A model generated the notes under the pieces. That model was given only the letters and a program-made list of their open reading frames with translations. It ran no database searches and was not told where the DNA came from. The position numbers and the translations under genes are program-made. Shown here piece by piece: positions 45,536 to 53,797 of a DNA stretch of 64,000 nucleotides. Source of the stretch: an uncultured Candidatus Saccharibacteria bacterium (GTDB lineage: Bacteria > Patescibacteriota > Saccharimonadia > Saccharimonadales > JAGQNJ01); the NCBI GenBank assembly GCA_964491925.1, contig CAZBGZ010000002.1:113492-177491 (forward strand), read 5' to 3'. Positions within the stretch are counted from its first letter, which is position 1, and every line of letters begins with the position of its first letter.

Positions 45536-47093
45536 TTTTCCCTATTATTATAACAAAATCAGCCACCCCAGGATCAATCCCCGTAGGTAAGCTGCCGGTA
45601 ACTTGTGTTTTAAAACGAAGTTCCAAATAACGTTTGGTATACTTTTTATCCCCATCCCTCAGGTCAATGACTTGAGTTTTTTCATAGGTTCGTGTCGGTG
45701 CATCACCTGTTTTTGCGACGTTATAGCCGTAGCCCTTTAATATCTTAGAATATTTTGTAGCTAACCCAGGAGTGGCTGTACCATTGAGTACTATAACCGA
45801 AGCATTTTCTTTCTTTAAGTAACCATCTTTTAGCTTTGTTCTCACATAACTCTGTATGTCACTGTAATCATACAGCCCGGCTTTCGGTATAACTACAGAT
45901 AGCCCAGCAATGTTATCTGTAGTAACATAGTCGTTTGGAGGGTCTGCAAGGCCTATTGAAGTGACTTTGTGGCCCTCAACATCTTGCGCCACATCGTATA
46001 GCTTCATTATGTCATCAACACTCAGATCAGTTTCAGCGTGTCTACCGAAAGCATCAATGAGCTGTGATAATTTAAGAGGGTTTCCAAAAGTTCCAAGACT
46101 TAAGGCTTTGTCCCTCAATGCAACTAAAACTTCTCTTTGACGCTCGGCACGGTCAAAATCTCCCCTGGCGCTACCGTGCCTTGATCGCGAATAAAGTAAA
46201 GCTTTCTTCCCGTCAAAATGCTGCATGCCTTTTTTAGCAATTACAGGACTCCAGTTATTTTCCCAGGCCACTGTTGGATCATAAAGTTCTTGTTTGACAT
46301 TTATATCAATGCCCCCAACCGTATCTATGGCTTTTCTGAAGGCCTCAAAGTCAACCATTGCGTAATAGTGAATCGGCAAGCCAGTTACTTCTTCGGCGAC
46401 TTTTTCTGTGGATTTTATTGCTATTTTTTCAGCCTCTTTTTTTGACTTTCCCTGATAGATTGCTTGTTGTTTAGCTGTCGCATAAATAGCGTTTATTTTC
46501 ATAGAACCGTCGCCTGGCATTTGAGCATAAAGGTCCCTGGGTATACTGAGTAACCCTATTTCTTTCTGGCAAGTGTCGATACTCGCTATCATAATCGTAT
46601 CAGTCAGATCCGCACCATCATGACCGGGGCCGCCCTTACCTAATAGCAATACATTTACTCTACCGTCGCCTTCGTTTTTTAGGAGTTCAGGGGCAACTTC
46701 GCAATCTAGAGCCAAGGCGCTTGTCCCGCCCTGAAATATTTGATTGGCTCGCAAAAAAGCAAACCCTACTAAAAAACCTGCAAACAATAACGCTAATGTA
46801 GTCGTTGCCAAGAATCCCTTTTTTATTCTCGGTTTCCACTTTTTTGATTTTTTTGATCCTTTTTTTTGTTTGACAGGCTCTTCAATGCTCATATCGATAC
46901 TGTTTTTGTATGCAGGACGTCTTCCTAGCCGGCTAGGATCAGGGATATTACCACTACTGCCCAAAGTTCTAGGGTTGTAGCCATCTGGAGCCTTAAAACT
47001 ATCGTTATTCTTTGTCACTGGAGCTCTTCTAACAAATCCATCGACGCTTTTGGATCGAGTTTTACTTGTCGGATGAGGCTTAAAATTATCCAT
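45519..47093 (-). CDS. LCP (LytR-CpsA-Psr) family cell-envelope phosphotransferase with LytR_C domain
   Basis: 524 aa. Basic cytoplasmic N-terminus, a TM segment, 'VNVLLLGKGGPGHDGADLTDTIMIASID' and 'INAIYA'. The C-terminal domain reads 'VIVLNGT.TPGLA'. Confidence 0.85.
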   Translation of the reverse strand: MDNFKPHPTSKTRSKSVDGFVRRAPVTKNNDSFKAPDGYNPRTLGSSGNIPDPSRLGRRPAYKNSIDMSIEEPVKQKKGSKKSKKWKPRIKKGFLATTTLALLFAGFLVGFAFLRANQIFQGGTSALALDCEVAPELLKNEGDGRVNVLLLGKGGPGHDGADLTDTIMIASIDTCQKEIGLLSIPRDLYAQMPGDGSMKINAIYATAKQQAIYQGKSKKEAEKIAIKSTEKVAEEVTGLPIHYYAMVDFEAFRKAIDTVGGIDINVKQELYDPTVAWENNWSPVIAKKGMQHFDGKKALLYSRSRHGSARGDFDRAERQREVLVALRDKALSLGTFGNPLKLSQLIDAFGRHAETDLSVDDIMKLYDVAQDVEGHKVTSIGLADPPNDYVTTDNIAGLSVVIPKAGLYDYSDIQSYVRTKLKDGYLKKENASVIVLNGTATPGLATKYSKILKGYGYNVAKTGDAPTRTYEKTQVIDLRDGDKKYTKRYLELRFKTQVTGSLPTGIDPGVADFVIIIGKNETSN

Positions 47094-47215
47094 AAATGTA
47101 GATGTAAGTATAACGTTTTTGCTATAAATTTGAAAGTTAGTTTAGTCCAAAACGAACTAAGATATTCACCTCTAGCACACTGAATGAAAATACCGTATAG
47201 TGCAGTGTACAAACC

Positions 47216-47881
47216 ATGACAAATGACAACCATTCAGAGCAGACAAATCAAGAGACAAATACAACAGATGCAGTAACTCGGCGAATAGACACCAGCAAAC
47301 CGTCGAAAAAACCACATGCGCTAAAAGAGATAGTCTCAACAGCACTTTTGCTCGTTTTTGCCCCCATTGCAGCGATAATTTTTACGGCTTTTATTTTTCA
47401 ATTCTACAGAGTTGATGGCCAGAGCATGGAACAAACACTACAGCCAAACGACCGCCTAATAGTATATAAACTTCCAAAAACTATTTCTTCAATTACACAC
47501 AATACATATATGCCATCTAGGGGCGAAATAATCGTGTTTTCTTTAAACGAGAAAAGTTCAGTCGGCCAGAACGAGTCAAGGCAACTAATTAAGCGTGTTA
47601 TTGGATTACCCGGTGACCGAGTCGTTGTGCATGGCGGCAAAGTTACTATTTATAATGACGCTCACCCAAATGGATACAATCCCGACGAAAACACGCCTTA
47701 CGAGCAAAGCACTCAACCAACATCCGGAGAAGCCGACGTAACAGTTGGTGACAATGAAATATTTGTGATGGGAGATAACAGAAGTAACTCTCTGGATTCA
47801 AGAGTTTTTGGGGCAATCAAAGCAGATGAAATAGTCGGCAAACTAGTTTTGAGAGTATTACCCTTCAAGTCTTTCGAATAA
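47216..47881 (+). CDS. lepB: signal peptidase I
   Basis: 221 aa. A TM segment, 'VDGQSMEQTLQPNDRLIV', 'IKRVIGLPGDRV' and 'GDNRSNSLDSR'. Confidence 0.9.
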   Translation: MTNDNHSEQTNQETNTTDAVTRRIDTSKPSKKPHALKEIVSTALLLVFAPIAAIIFTAFIFQFYRVDGQSMEQTLQPNDRLIVYKLPKTISSITHNTYMPSRGEIIVFSLNEKSSVGQNESRQLIKRVIGLPGDRVVVHGGKVTIYNDAHPNGYNPDENTPYEQSTQPTSGEADVTVGDNEIFVMGDNRSNSLDSRVFGAIKADEIVGKLVLRVLPFKSFE

Positions 47882-47884
47882 CTG

Positions 47885-48775
47885 TCAGTTGATTTTTCTA
47901 AGTAGCGAGATTATTCTTGCCAAATCTTCGTCTGATGAAAAGTGTAGTTCTAGTCTGCCGCCCTTTGCCGTTCGTCTTATGCTCACGGGCGTTTTCAAGT
48001 AAGCTCCCAGTTGCTTCGTTTCTTTTGTAGTGGTCGCCATTTTGGCTTTTGCCTCTTTGGGGCCAGACGACCCTTGTTTGGCTGTTACAACGAACTGTTC
48101 AGCCTGCCTGACGGACCAACCATTGCTAATAATGCTCGTTAGTAATTCCTGTTGTTTTTGACTGTCACCCCTAAGAGCCAAAATAGCTCTAGCGTGTCCT
48201 TCAGAAATTTTACTCTCAAATAATGCTTTCTTGGCGCTATCCGGCAAATTCAGCAATCTAACTATATTATTTACTGTTGCTGGTGCTTTGCCGAGCCTCT
48301 TTGCGATTGATTCGTAAGTCATGCTGAACTGATCATGTAGGCGCTCGATCGATGCTGCCTGCTCGAGAGGAGAGAGGTCCACTCTTTGAACATTCTCGAC
48401 AATAGCAATCTCCAATTGTTCTAGTTCTTCGTGCGACCGGACGAGCACAGGGACTTCTTTCAAGCCAGCAATTTTAGCCGCTCGCCAACGGCGTTCGCCG
48501 GCAATCAATATAAACTTATCATTTTTTTTCGTAACTACGAGTGGCTGAACAATCCCGTATTGTTTTATAGAACTCGCCAACTCATTGAGAGCTGTTTCAT
48601 CAAAATGTTTGCGTGGCTGATCAAGATTTGGTTCGACTAATTGGTGTTTAACTTTCTGGACTTTTTCCGAAGTTACCTCAAGAATAGACGCATCGAAGTC
48701 AGTCGGTATTAGTGCATCGAAGCCTTTGCCTAATCCCTTATTTTTAGATACTAATCCCATTTCACTATTGTACAC
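47885..48775 (-). CDS. parB: chromosome partitioning protein ParB
   Basis: 296 aa. 'GLGKGFDALIP', 'QPRKHFDE..L.ELA.SI...G..QP' and 'GERRWRAAK'. The alternative start ATG 48760 is possible. Confidence 0.9.
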   Translation of the reverse strand: MYNSEMGLVSKNKGLGKGFDALIPTDFDASILEVTSEKVQKVKHQLVEPNLDQPRKHFDETALNELASSIKQYGIVQPLVVTKKNDKFILIAGERRWRAAKIAGLKEVPVLVRSHEELEQLEIAIVENVQRVDLSPLEQAASIERLHDQFSMTYESIAKRLGKAPATVNNIVRLLNLPDSAKKALFESKISEGHARAILALRGDSQKQQELLTSIISNGWSVRQAEQFVVTAKQGSSGPKEAKAKMATTTKETKQLGAYLKTPVSIRRTAKGGRLELHFSSDEDLARIISLLRKIN

Positions 48776-49523
48776 GTTCTTCTATCTCTTTTGTCAATTG
48801 TTTGTAGCTTCTGGCCCCCTTTGACCACTTATCATGTTCGGCAATTGTTTTGCCATGGCTAGGCGCCTCGGCTAATCTAACGTTCCGAGGTATTACTGTA
48901 TTAAACAGCTTGGCGCCAAAGTGTTTTTTTAGCTCATCATAAACCTGTGAAGACAAGGATGTACGACTATCGTACATTGTTGCAACTACTCCTAGAATTT
49001 CCAGGTCCGGGTTTAATCCTTGCCTAATACGTTGCACGACTCCTAGCAACTGGCTAAGCCCTTCCATGGCGTAGTATTCAGTCTGTACAGGTATCAACAC
49101 ATAGTTGGCAGCTGTCAGTGCATTGATCGTCAGTAGTCCAAGCGCCGGAGGACAGTCTATTAGTATATAATCGTACGCTGCACTAGAAAGCGCCAACTTT
49201 AGCTTATTTTCTCGTTGCAATTCCGATGATAGGTCCGTTTCTGCGGCAGCTAAAGACGCTTTGGATGGCAAAATATGTATGCCAAGTCTCTCTATTGGTT
49301 GTACTGCGTCGGCCAAAGAAACTGCTCCCATAATTACATCATAGGTAGATTGTTCCACCCGCTCTCTGGGCAACCCGATACCGCTAGTTGCATTACTCTG
49401 TGGGTCTAGATCAATAATAAGGACCGATTTACCTTGTTTCTGAAGGTAAGTTGCGACATTAATTGTAGTCGTCGTTTTGCCTACCCCACCTTTTTGATTA
49501 ATAACTGCGATTATTTGTGTCAT
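48765..49523 (-). CDS. parA: chromosome partitioning ATPase ParA/Soj
   Basis: 252 aa. Deviant Walker A 'NQKGGVGKTTTT', 'LIIDLDPQSNAT' and 'ILIDCPP'. Confidence 0.9.
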   Translation of the reverse strand: MTQIIAVINQKGGVGKTTTTINVATYLQKQGKSVLIIDLDPQSNATSGIGLPRERVEQSTYDVIMGAVSLADAVQPIERLGIHILPSKASLAAAETDLSSELQRENKLKLALSSAAYDYILIDCPPALGLLTINALTAANYVLIPVQTEYYAMEGLSQLLGVVQRIRQGLNPDLEILGVVATMYDSRTSLSSQVYDELKKHFGAKLFNTVIPRNVRLAEAPSHGKTIAEHDKWSKGARSYKQLTKEIEERVQ

Positions 49524-49631
49524 TTAGTCCTCTATGCCTCAATACACAGATTATCACTTTTGATCATATCCGCACAACAATCATGACTAGAGAATAACTA
49601 GCCATATAATACCAGCGTTTTAATACTGGTA

Positions 49632-49940
49632 CTAAGAGATCTTTTTTATTGTTAGCTGTGTTTGGTGTTGACGATGTCCATGAACTTTTTTAACGCGTTT
49701 CTTGGACTTGTATCTTATCGATGTAACTTTATCGGCCTTGATTAAAGGCCGCGTCACTTCTGCTGTTACTTTCGAGGCACTAACATCTGGTGTACCCACC
49801 GTAGTTTTGTCGCCGTCTATTACTAGCAGAGGTGTGAAGTCCATCGTCTTTTTTGCTTCTTTCATATAGTCAACTTCGAGCGTATCGCCCTCTGTTACGA
49901 CGTATTGATTTCCACCGACTGCTATTACTGCTTTTTTCAT
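49632..49940 (-). CDS. rplU: 50S ribosomal protein L21
   Basis: 102 aa. 'AVIAVGGNQYVVTEGDTLEVD' and 'K.KKR...GHRQ..T.L.I..I'. Confidence 0.9.
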   Translation of the reverse strand: MKKAVIAVGGNQYVVTEGDTLEVDYMKEAKKTMDFTPLLVIDGDKTTVGTPDVSASKVTAEVTRPLIKADKVTSIRYKSKKRVKKVHGHRQHQTQLTIKKIS

Positions 49941-49986
49941 GATTTATTTCCGGATACTTTCTAAAAAGAATTTTAGTTACCAATAG

Positions 49987-50015
49987 ATACTACCAGAGTT
50001 GCTCGCCTCTGTAAA
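49987..50015 (-). promoter_or_regulatory. candidate promoter for rplU
   Basis: The minus strand reads TTTACA (50015-50010), a 17-nt spacer and TAGTAT (49992-49987). An 8-bp inverted repeat TGCTCGCC/GGCGAGCA (50000-50007/50039-50046) abuts the -35 box. Confidence 0.35.
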
Positions 50016-50167
50016 GTGTCGACTTATATTAAACACCTGGCGAGCACAATGTCCTCAGTATGGCCTACCTAGACCTGTGCTATGACAGAAGTTCCTATCG
50101 TATGATTTTGTTTTTATTGGATTTTTTTGTTTATGGTACACCCATACCACCGATTATATACTGAAAT

Positions 50168-53089
50168 TTAGGCTTTTTTTAGTGATATTTCTAACATTTC
50201 GCCTTCAACTTTCACTTCCCCTTGGTAGCCCAGATCTTTCTTCGTAATACTTAATTTAGTCGCAAGCGTTTCCGATTTGATTGTATCGGCGTGCTCTTTT
50301 ATGGCCTCAGAGATATTCTTATCGTTCGAGACAAGAGAAAGTTCAATTCTATCATCGACATTCAACTCTGCCTTCTTCCTAGCATTTTGCACGTGTCGCA
50401 CAATCTCCCGCATAATGCCCTCTCGCTTTAATTCTGGAGTGATCTCAAAGTTCATGGTTATACCATTGGGTTTAGTTGCCGAAACAACGTAGGTAGCAGG
50501 TTTAACATTTAGCTCTTCCTCTAAAATGCTTTTAAACCCATTAGAGGAAAGTTGGCGTTTAGTCGTCACTATTGGGCCCGGTAACGGCTGGCGAACCTTG
50601 ATGCCATTATCGGCTCGTCCGCTCAGCCCGAGATTTATCATTGTTCTCATCATTTCCATATCATCCAGCATTGCTTGGTCTTTGATTCCCGCTTCAGGCC
50701 AATCGCTAAGGTGCACTGATTGGGGCATACCTAGACCTTCAGTTAGCTCTCTCCAAAGGTGATCGCTTAGAAATGGTGCCCATGGTGCAAGAAGTTGGCA
50801 AAGTCGCGTTAATGTATACCAAAGTGTCTCGTATGCCTGTTGTTTATCCGTATCATCTTCAGTCTTCCAAAACCGACGCCTAGAACGGCGAATATACCAG
50901 TTACTCATATCATCAATTAGCGCAAAAATAGGCTGAATAGCATGAGCTAACTTGAAGTTATCAGCCAGAGTCGTAACCTCTTCTATGGTTTCATTGAGTC
51001 TGGCTAGCATCCACTGGTCGAGAACATTAGTGCTCTTAGGTTCAACCCCAGGCTTTGACGGCTTCCAGTCATCAATATCTGCGTACATCTTGAAAAAACG
51101 ATACGAGTTCATCAAAGTGCCCAGAACATTTCGATTCAAATCTTTCAGGCTACTCCTGTCAAAGCGCATGTAATCGGCCGTTTGCGTGGCCTGAGTACTG
51201 GAAAGAAGAAACAATCGCAGACTATCTGCCCCTTCGTCTTGAAACACTTCCTCAACAGGAGGATAGTTTTTGAGACGTTTACTCAGTTTCTGCCCGTCCC
51301 CAGCCATAATCATGCCGTTAACAACAACATTTTTATAGGCCGGGCTATCGAACAATATAGTCGACACAACATGCTGAACATAAAACCAAAGCCTCGTTTG
51401 ATCCAGCCCCTCTATAATAAAGTCTGCAGGAAAAGTGCTCTTGAAAGTCTCTTTATTTTCAAACGGATAGTGCTGTTGGCCTATGCTCATACAGCCTGAT
51501 TCAAACCAACAGTCCAGAACTTCTTCAACCCGTCGATACGTCTTACCGTCCTTTTTTATCACAACGTCGTCAATTTTTGGTCTATGGACATCAGATAAAT
51601 CTAATGTTTCATCTCTGGCAAGCTCCTTGAGCTTATCGTAACTGTCGACCACCATATAGTCATCTTCATCGTCTTCATTTACCCAAACTGGCATTGGTGC
51701 ACCCCAGTAACGATTTCTAGACACTGACCAATCGCGAGCACCTTCTAGCCACTTGCCAAAACGCCCATTCTTAATATGTTCTGGTACCCAGTTAATTTCT
51801 TCGGCAGTCTTAAGTAGCTGCTCCCGAATAGCCGAAACCTTGATAAACCAACTCGAGATTGCATAGTACATTAACGGGGTATCACAGCGCCAACAGAAAG
51901 GGTAGGTATGAGCAAATGTATCTGCTGCATAAACTCTATTGAGCTTTGCCAAGTGTTCGATGATGTATTTATCAGATTTCTTGAAGAACATACCTTTGAC
52001 TTCGTCATACCCAATGCCACCAGTTACCTTACCACTGGTATCGATAGTTTTGATTACTGGCACATTATTGTCTTGGCCAAGGTTCAGGTCATCTTCACCA
52101 AAGGCAGGTGCCACGTGCAAAACCCCGGTGCCGTCGTCAATGCTCACAAAACCCGCAGTCCAAACTTTATAAAGGTTCTCTGCGCCCTCAAGATTTTTAG
52201 CATCATCTACCTTAAAAAGTGGATCATACTCTTTACCTACCAGTTCAGTGCCCTTAACTTCTTTCTCGATATGGTAGTCATTACTGCTAAGAATTTCAAG
52301 TCGCTTCTCTGCTAGAACAACGGTTTCTTCTTTCCCATCATCGTCTTTGAGTCGGACATATACATACACCTCTTCAGGGTTAACGGCGATGGCAGCATTA
52401 CCTGGTAGAGACCAAGGAGTTGTAGTCCATCCAAGCAAAAACGCTTCCTCGTCTTTCAGCTTAAACTTTACATACAAACTAGGGTCAGACACATTGTCTT
52501 TGTACCCATCATTGACCTCAAAATTTGACAGCGGAGTTTCACACCGTGGGCAGTACGCTGTACTTTTGAACCCTCGGTATAACAACCCCTTGTCGTTAAT
52601 CTGTGATAATGCCCACCAAACACTTTCAGTATAGGTATTATCGACAGTTGCATAATAATTGTCGTAGTCACTCCAGCGGCCAAGACGCTGCAATAGAATC
52701 TCCCACTCTCCCTTGTACTTAAAGATAGAATCTCTGCAAGCATTATTGAATTTCTCAAGGCCTAGCTCTAGAATTTGCTTCTTGCCACTGACTCCGAAAT
52801 CTTTTTCGATTGCATATTCTACAGGCAAACCATGACAATCCCAGCCGTTGCGACGGGGAACGTAGTACCCCCGCATAGTTTTATATCGTAAAACAGCGTC
52901 TTTGATGCTGGTAACTAGACTATGTCCAAAGTGTGGCAAGCCATTAGCAAACGGAGGACCATCATAGAAACTAAAATATTTACCGCCTTCACGCTGCTTG
53001 AGGGTTTTTTCAAAAGTGTGTTCTTTTTGCCACAAGGCAAGTATCGACTCTTCTATAGCGGCTAGATTTGACTTTTGCTGGTCACTCAT
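50168..53089 (-). CDS. ileS: isoleucine--tRNA ligase, type 2 (eukaryote-like)
   Basis: 'FYDGPPFANGLPHFGHSL' (HIGH region) and 'GQKLSKRLKNYPP' (the KMSKRLKNYP-type KMSKS loop of type-2 IleRS). The start is placed at ATG 53089, preceded by 'AAGGAGAAAGAGTCTA'. The track start at 53122 adds 11 aa inside the leader. Confidence 0.9.
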   Translation of the reverse strand: MSDQQKSNLAAIEESILALWQKEHTFEKTLKQREGGKYFSFYDGPPFANGLPHFGHSLVTSIKDAVLRYKTMRGYYVPRRNGWDCHGLPVEYAIEKDFGVSGKKQILELGLEKFNNACRDSIFKYKGEWEILLQRLGRWSDYDNYYATVDNTYTESVWWALSQINDKGLLYRGFKSTAYCPRCETPLSNFEVNDGYKDNVSDPSLYVKFKLKDEEAFLLGWTTTPWSLPGNAAIAVNPEEVYVYVRLKDDDGKEETVVLAEKRLEILSSNDYHIEKEVKGTELVGKEYDPLFKVDDAKNLEGAENLYKVWTAGFVSIDDGTGVLHVAPAFGEDDLNLGQDNNVPVIKTIDTSGKVTGGIGYDEVKGMFFKKSDKYIIEHLAKLNRVYAADTFAHTYPFCWRCDTPLMYYAISSWFIKVSAIREQLLKTAEEINWVPEHIKNGRFGKWLEGARDWSVSRNRYWGAPMPVWVNEDDEDDYMVVDSYDKLKELARDETLDLSDVHRPKIDDVVIKKDGKTYRRVEEVLDCWFESGCMSIGQQHYPFENKETFKSTFPADFIIEGLDQTRLWFYVQHVVSTILFDSPAYKNVVVNGMIMAGDGQKLSKRLKNYPPVEEVFQDEGADSLRLFLLSSTQATQTADYMRFDRSSLKDLNRNVLGTLMNSYRFFKMYADIDDWKPSKPGVEPKSTNVLDQWMLARLNETIEEVTTLADNFKLAHAIQPIFALIDDMSNWYIRRSRRRFWKTEDDTDKQQAYETLWYTLTRLCQLLAPWAPFLSDHLWRELTEGLGMPQSVHLSDWPEAGIKDQAMLDDMEMMRTMINLGLSGRADNGIKVRQPLPGPIVTTKRQLSSNGFKSILEEELNVKPATYVVSATKPNGITMNFEITPELKREGIMREIVRHVQNARKKAELNVDDRIELSLVSNDKNISEAIKEHADTIKSETLATKLSITKKDLGYQGEVKVEGEMLEISLKKA

Positions 53090-53092
53090 TAG

Positions 53093-53300
53093 ACTCTTTC
53101 TCCTTAGAAATATAAAAATCACCTCGAAAGGATTTGTCTGGATCCCTAATAGGGAGGTACCATCCAGATTCCTTCAAGGTGATTTCCTTAAAAGCACTCG
53201 TTTGTCAGCTGTTTCGGGCTTACCCGGTGGGTTCTAATCGACCAGTCAGATCTTTCTTCCCACTCCTCGCAGTTGATAGCTGCTACTAACGGACTAACTA
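53093..53300 (-). promoter_or_regulatory. T-box riboswitch leader of ileS (Ile specifier AUC candidate, intrinsic terminator)
   Basis: On the minus strand the T-box core is 'AAUCUGGAUGGUACCUCCC' (plus 53152-53170). The terminator arms are 'AAATCACCTTGAAGGAATCTGGAT' (53162-53185) and 'ATCCAGACAAATCCTTTCGAGGTGATTT' followed by a TTTTTAT run (arm plus run, 53112-53143). A hairpin 'GCAG-CUAUCAA-CUGC' (53269-53283) displays AUC followed by A. The candidate promoter is TAGACT-17-TATAGT (53331-53303). Confidence 0.7.
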
Positions 53301-53365
53301 AAACTATAACGCATTTATGACAACTAGTCTATGTCTATCTGTTTGCAGTGGATTTACCCGTACTG

Positions 53366-53632
53366 TTAGCGTTCTACTAAGTAAGCTGCTACCTCGTTAA
53401 TCAGCGGCAAGGGCTCCCCTGCCCACATGTTTTGCATAGATCCATCTTCTGCCGTTGCTAGTACCGCAGGGTACTCTGTTATGTCATATAGTTCTGCCAA
53501 ATCAGAGCCTTGTTTGGTGTCAATATCGATTAGCTCTAATTGCCCAGCTGTTCTTCTTTCGAACTCGTGTACAAACTCCTCAACCACACGTCTGTGTTCT
53601 GATTTTTCCCGGTAAAGCACGACCACTTTCAT
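53366..53632 (-). CDS. small thioredoxin-fold-like protein without CxxC (unknown function)
   Basis: 88 aa. The beta-alpha-beta pattern 'KVVVLYREKSEH...' and 'ITEYPAVLATAEDGS' resembles a thioredoxin or glutaredoxin fold. The sequence contains no Cys. Confidence 0.4.
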   Translation of the reverse strand: MKVVVLYREKSEHRRVVEEFVHEFERRTAGQLELIDIDTKQGSDLAELYDITEYPAVLATAEDGSMQNMWAGEPLPLINEVAAYLVER

Positions 53633-53668
53633 GCTTATAGGTTACCACAATTAACTAGGTCTTGTGAG

Positions 53669-53797
53669 CCCTAGGGACACATAGGTAGGCAGAGTGCGCG
53701 ACACGGCCGAAGTACGCAATAGAGATGTACATACAATACATTGACCGCGTACAAGAGGCCCTACAACAATGCAGTCTATCGCCTATGTTTCCCTAGG
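53669..53797 (-). repeat. structured GC-rich intergenic element, copy B; homologous to 25193-25311
   Basis: CCCTAGGGACACATAGG (53669-53685) pairs with CCTATGTTTCCCTAGG (53782-53797) with one mismatch. A nested hairpin has GTACGC (53712-53717) pairing with GCGTAC (53747-53752), enclosing ATGTA/TACAT. The 3' arm overlaps the nrdJ stop (53793-53795). It shares 'tag..a.(a/g)tgcgcg' and 'acaacaa(a/t)gcag' plus a 7-nt spacer with copy A. Confidence 0.55.

Noticed and set aside
47885-49523. parAB as a marker that the replication origin lies in this window
   Set aside because: No dnaA, dnaN or rsmG gene is present. I found no cluster of TTATCCACA-like DnaA boxes in the neighbouring spacers, and gene-strand bias does not flip here.
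49995-50105. A third copy of the structured element in the ileS/rplU spacer
   Set aside because: It has an 8-bp inverted repeat and loose similarities ('ggcctac', 'ctatcg.tatg'). It lacks the TGCGCG and ACAACAAWGCAG blocks, the nested central hairpin and the stop-codon placement. The similarity is too weak to call by eye.
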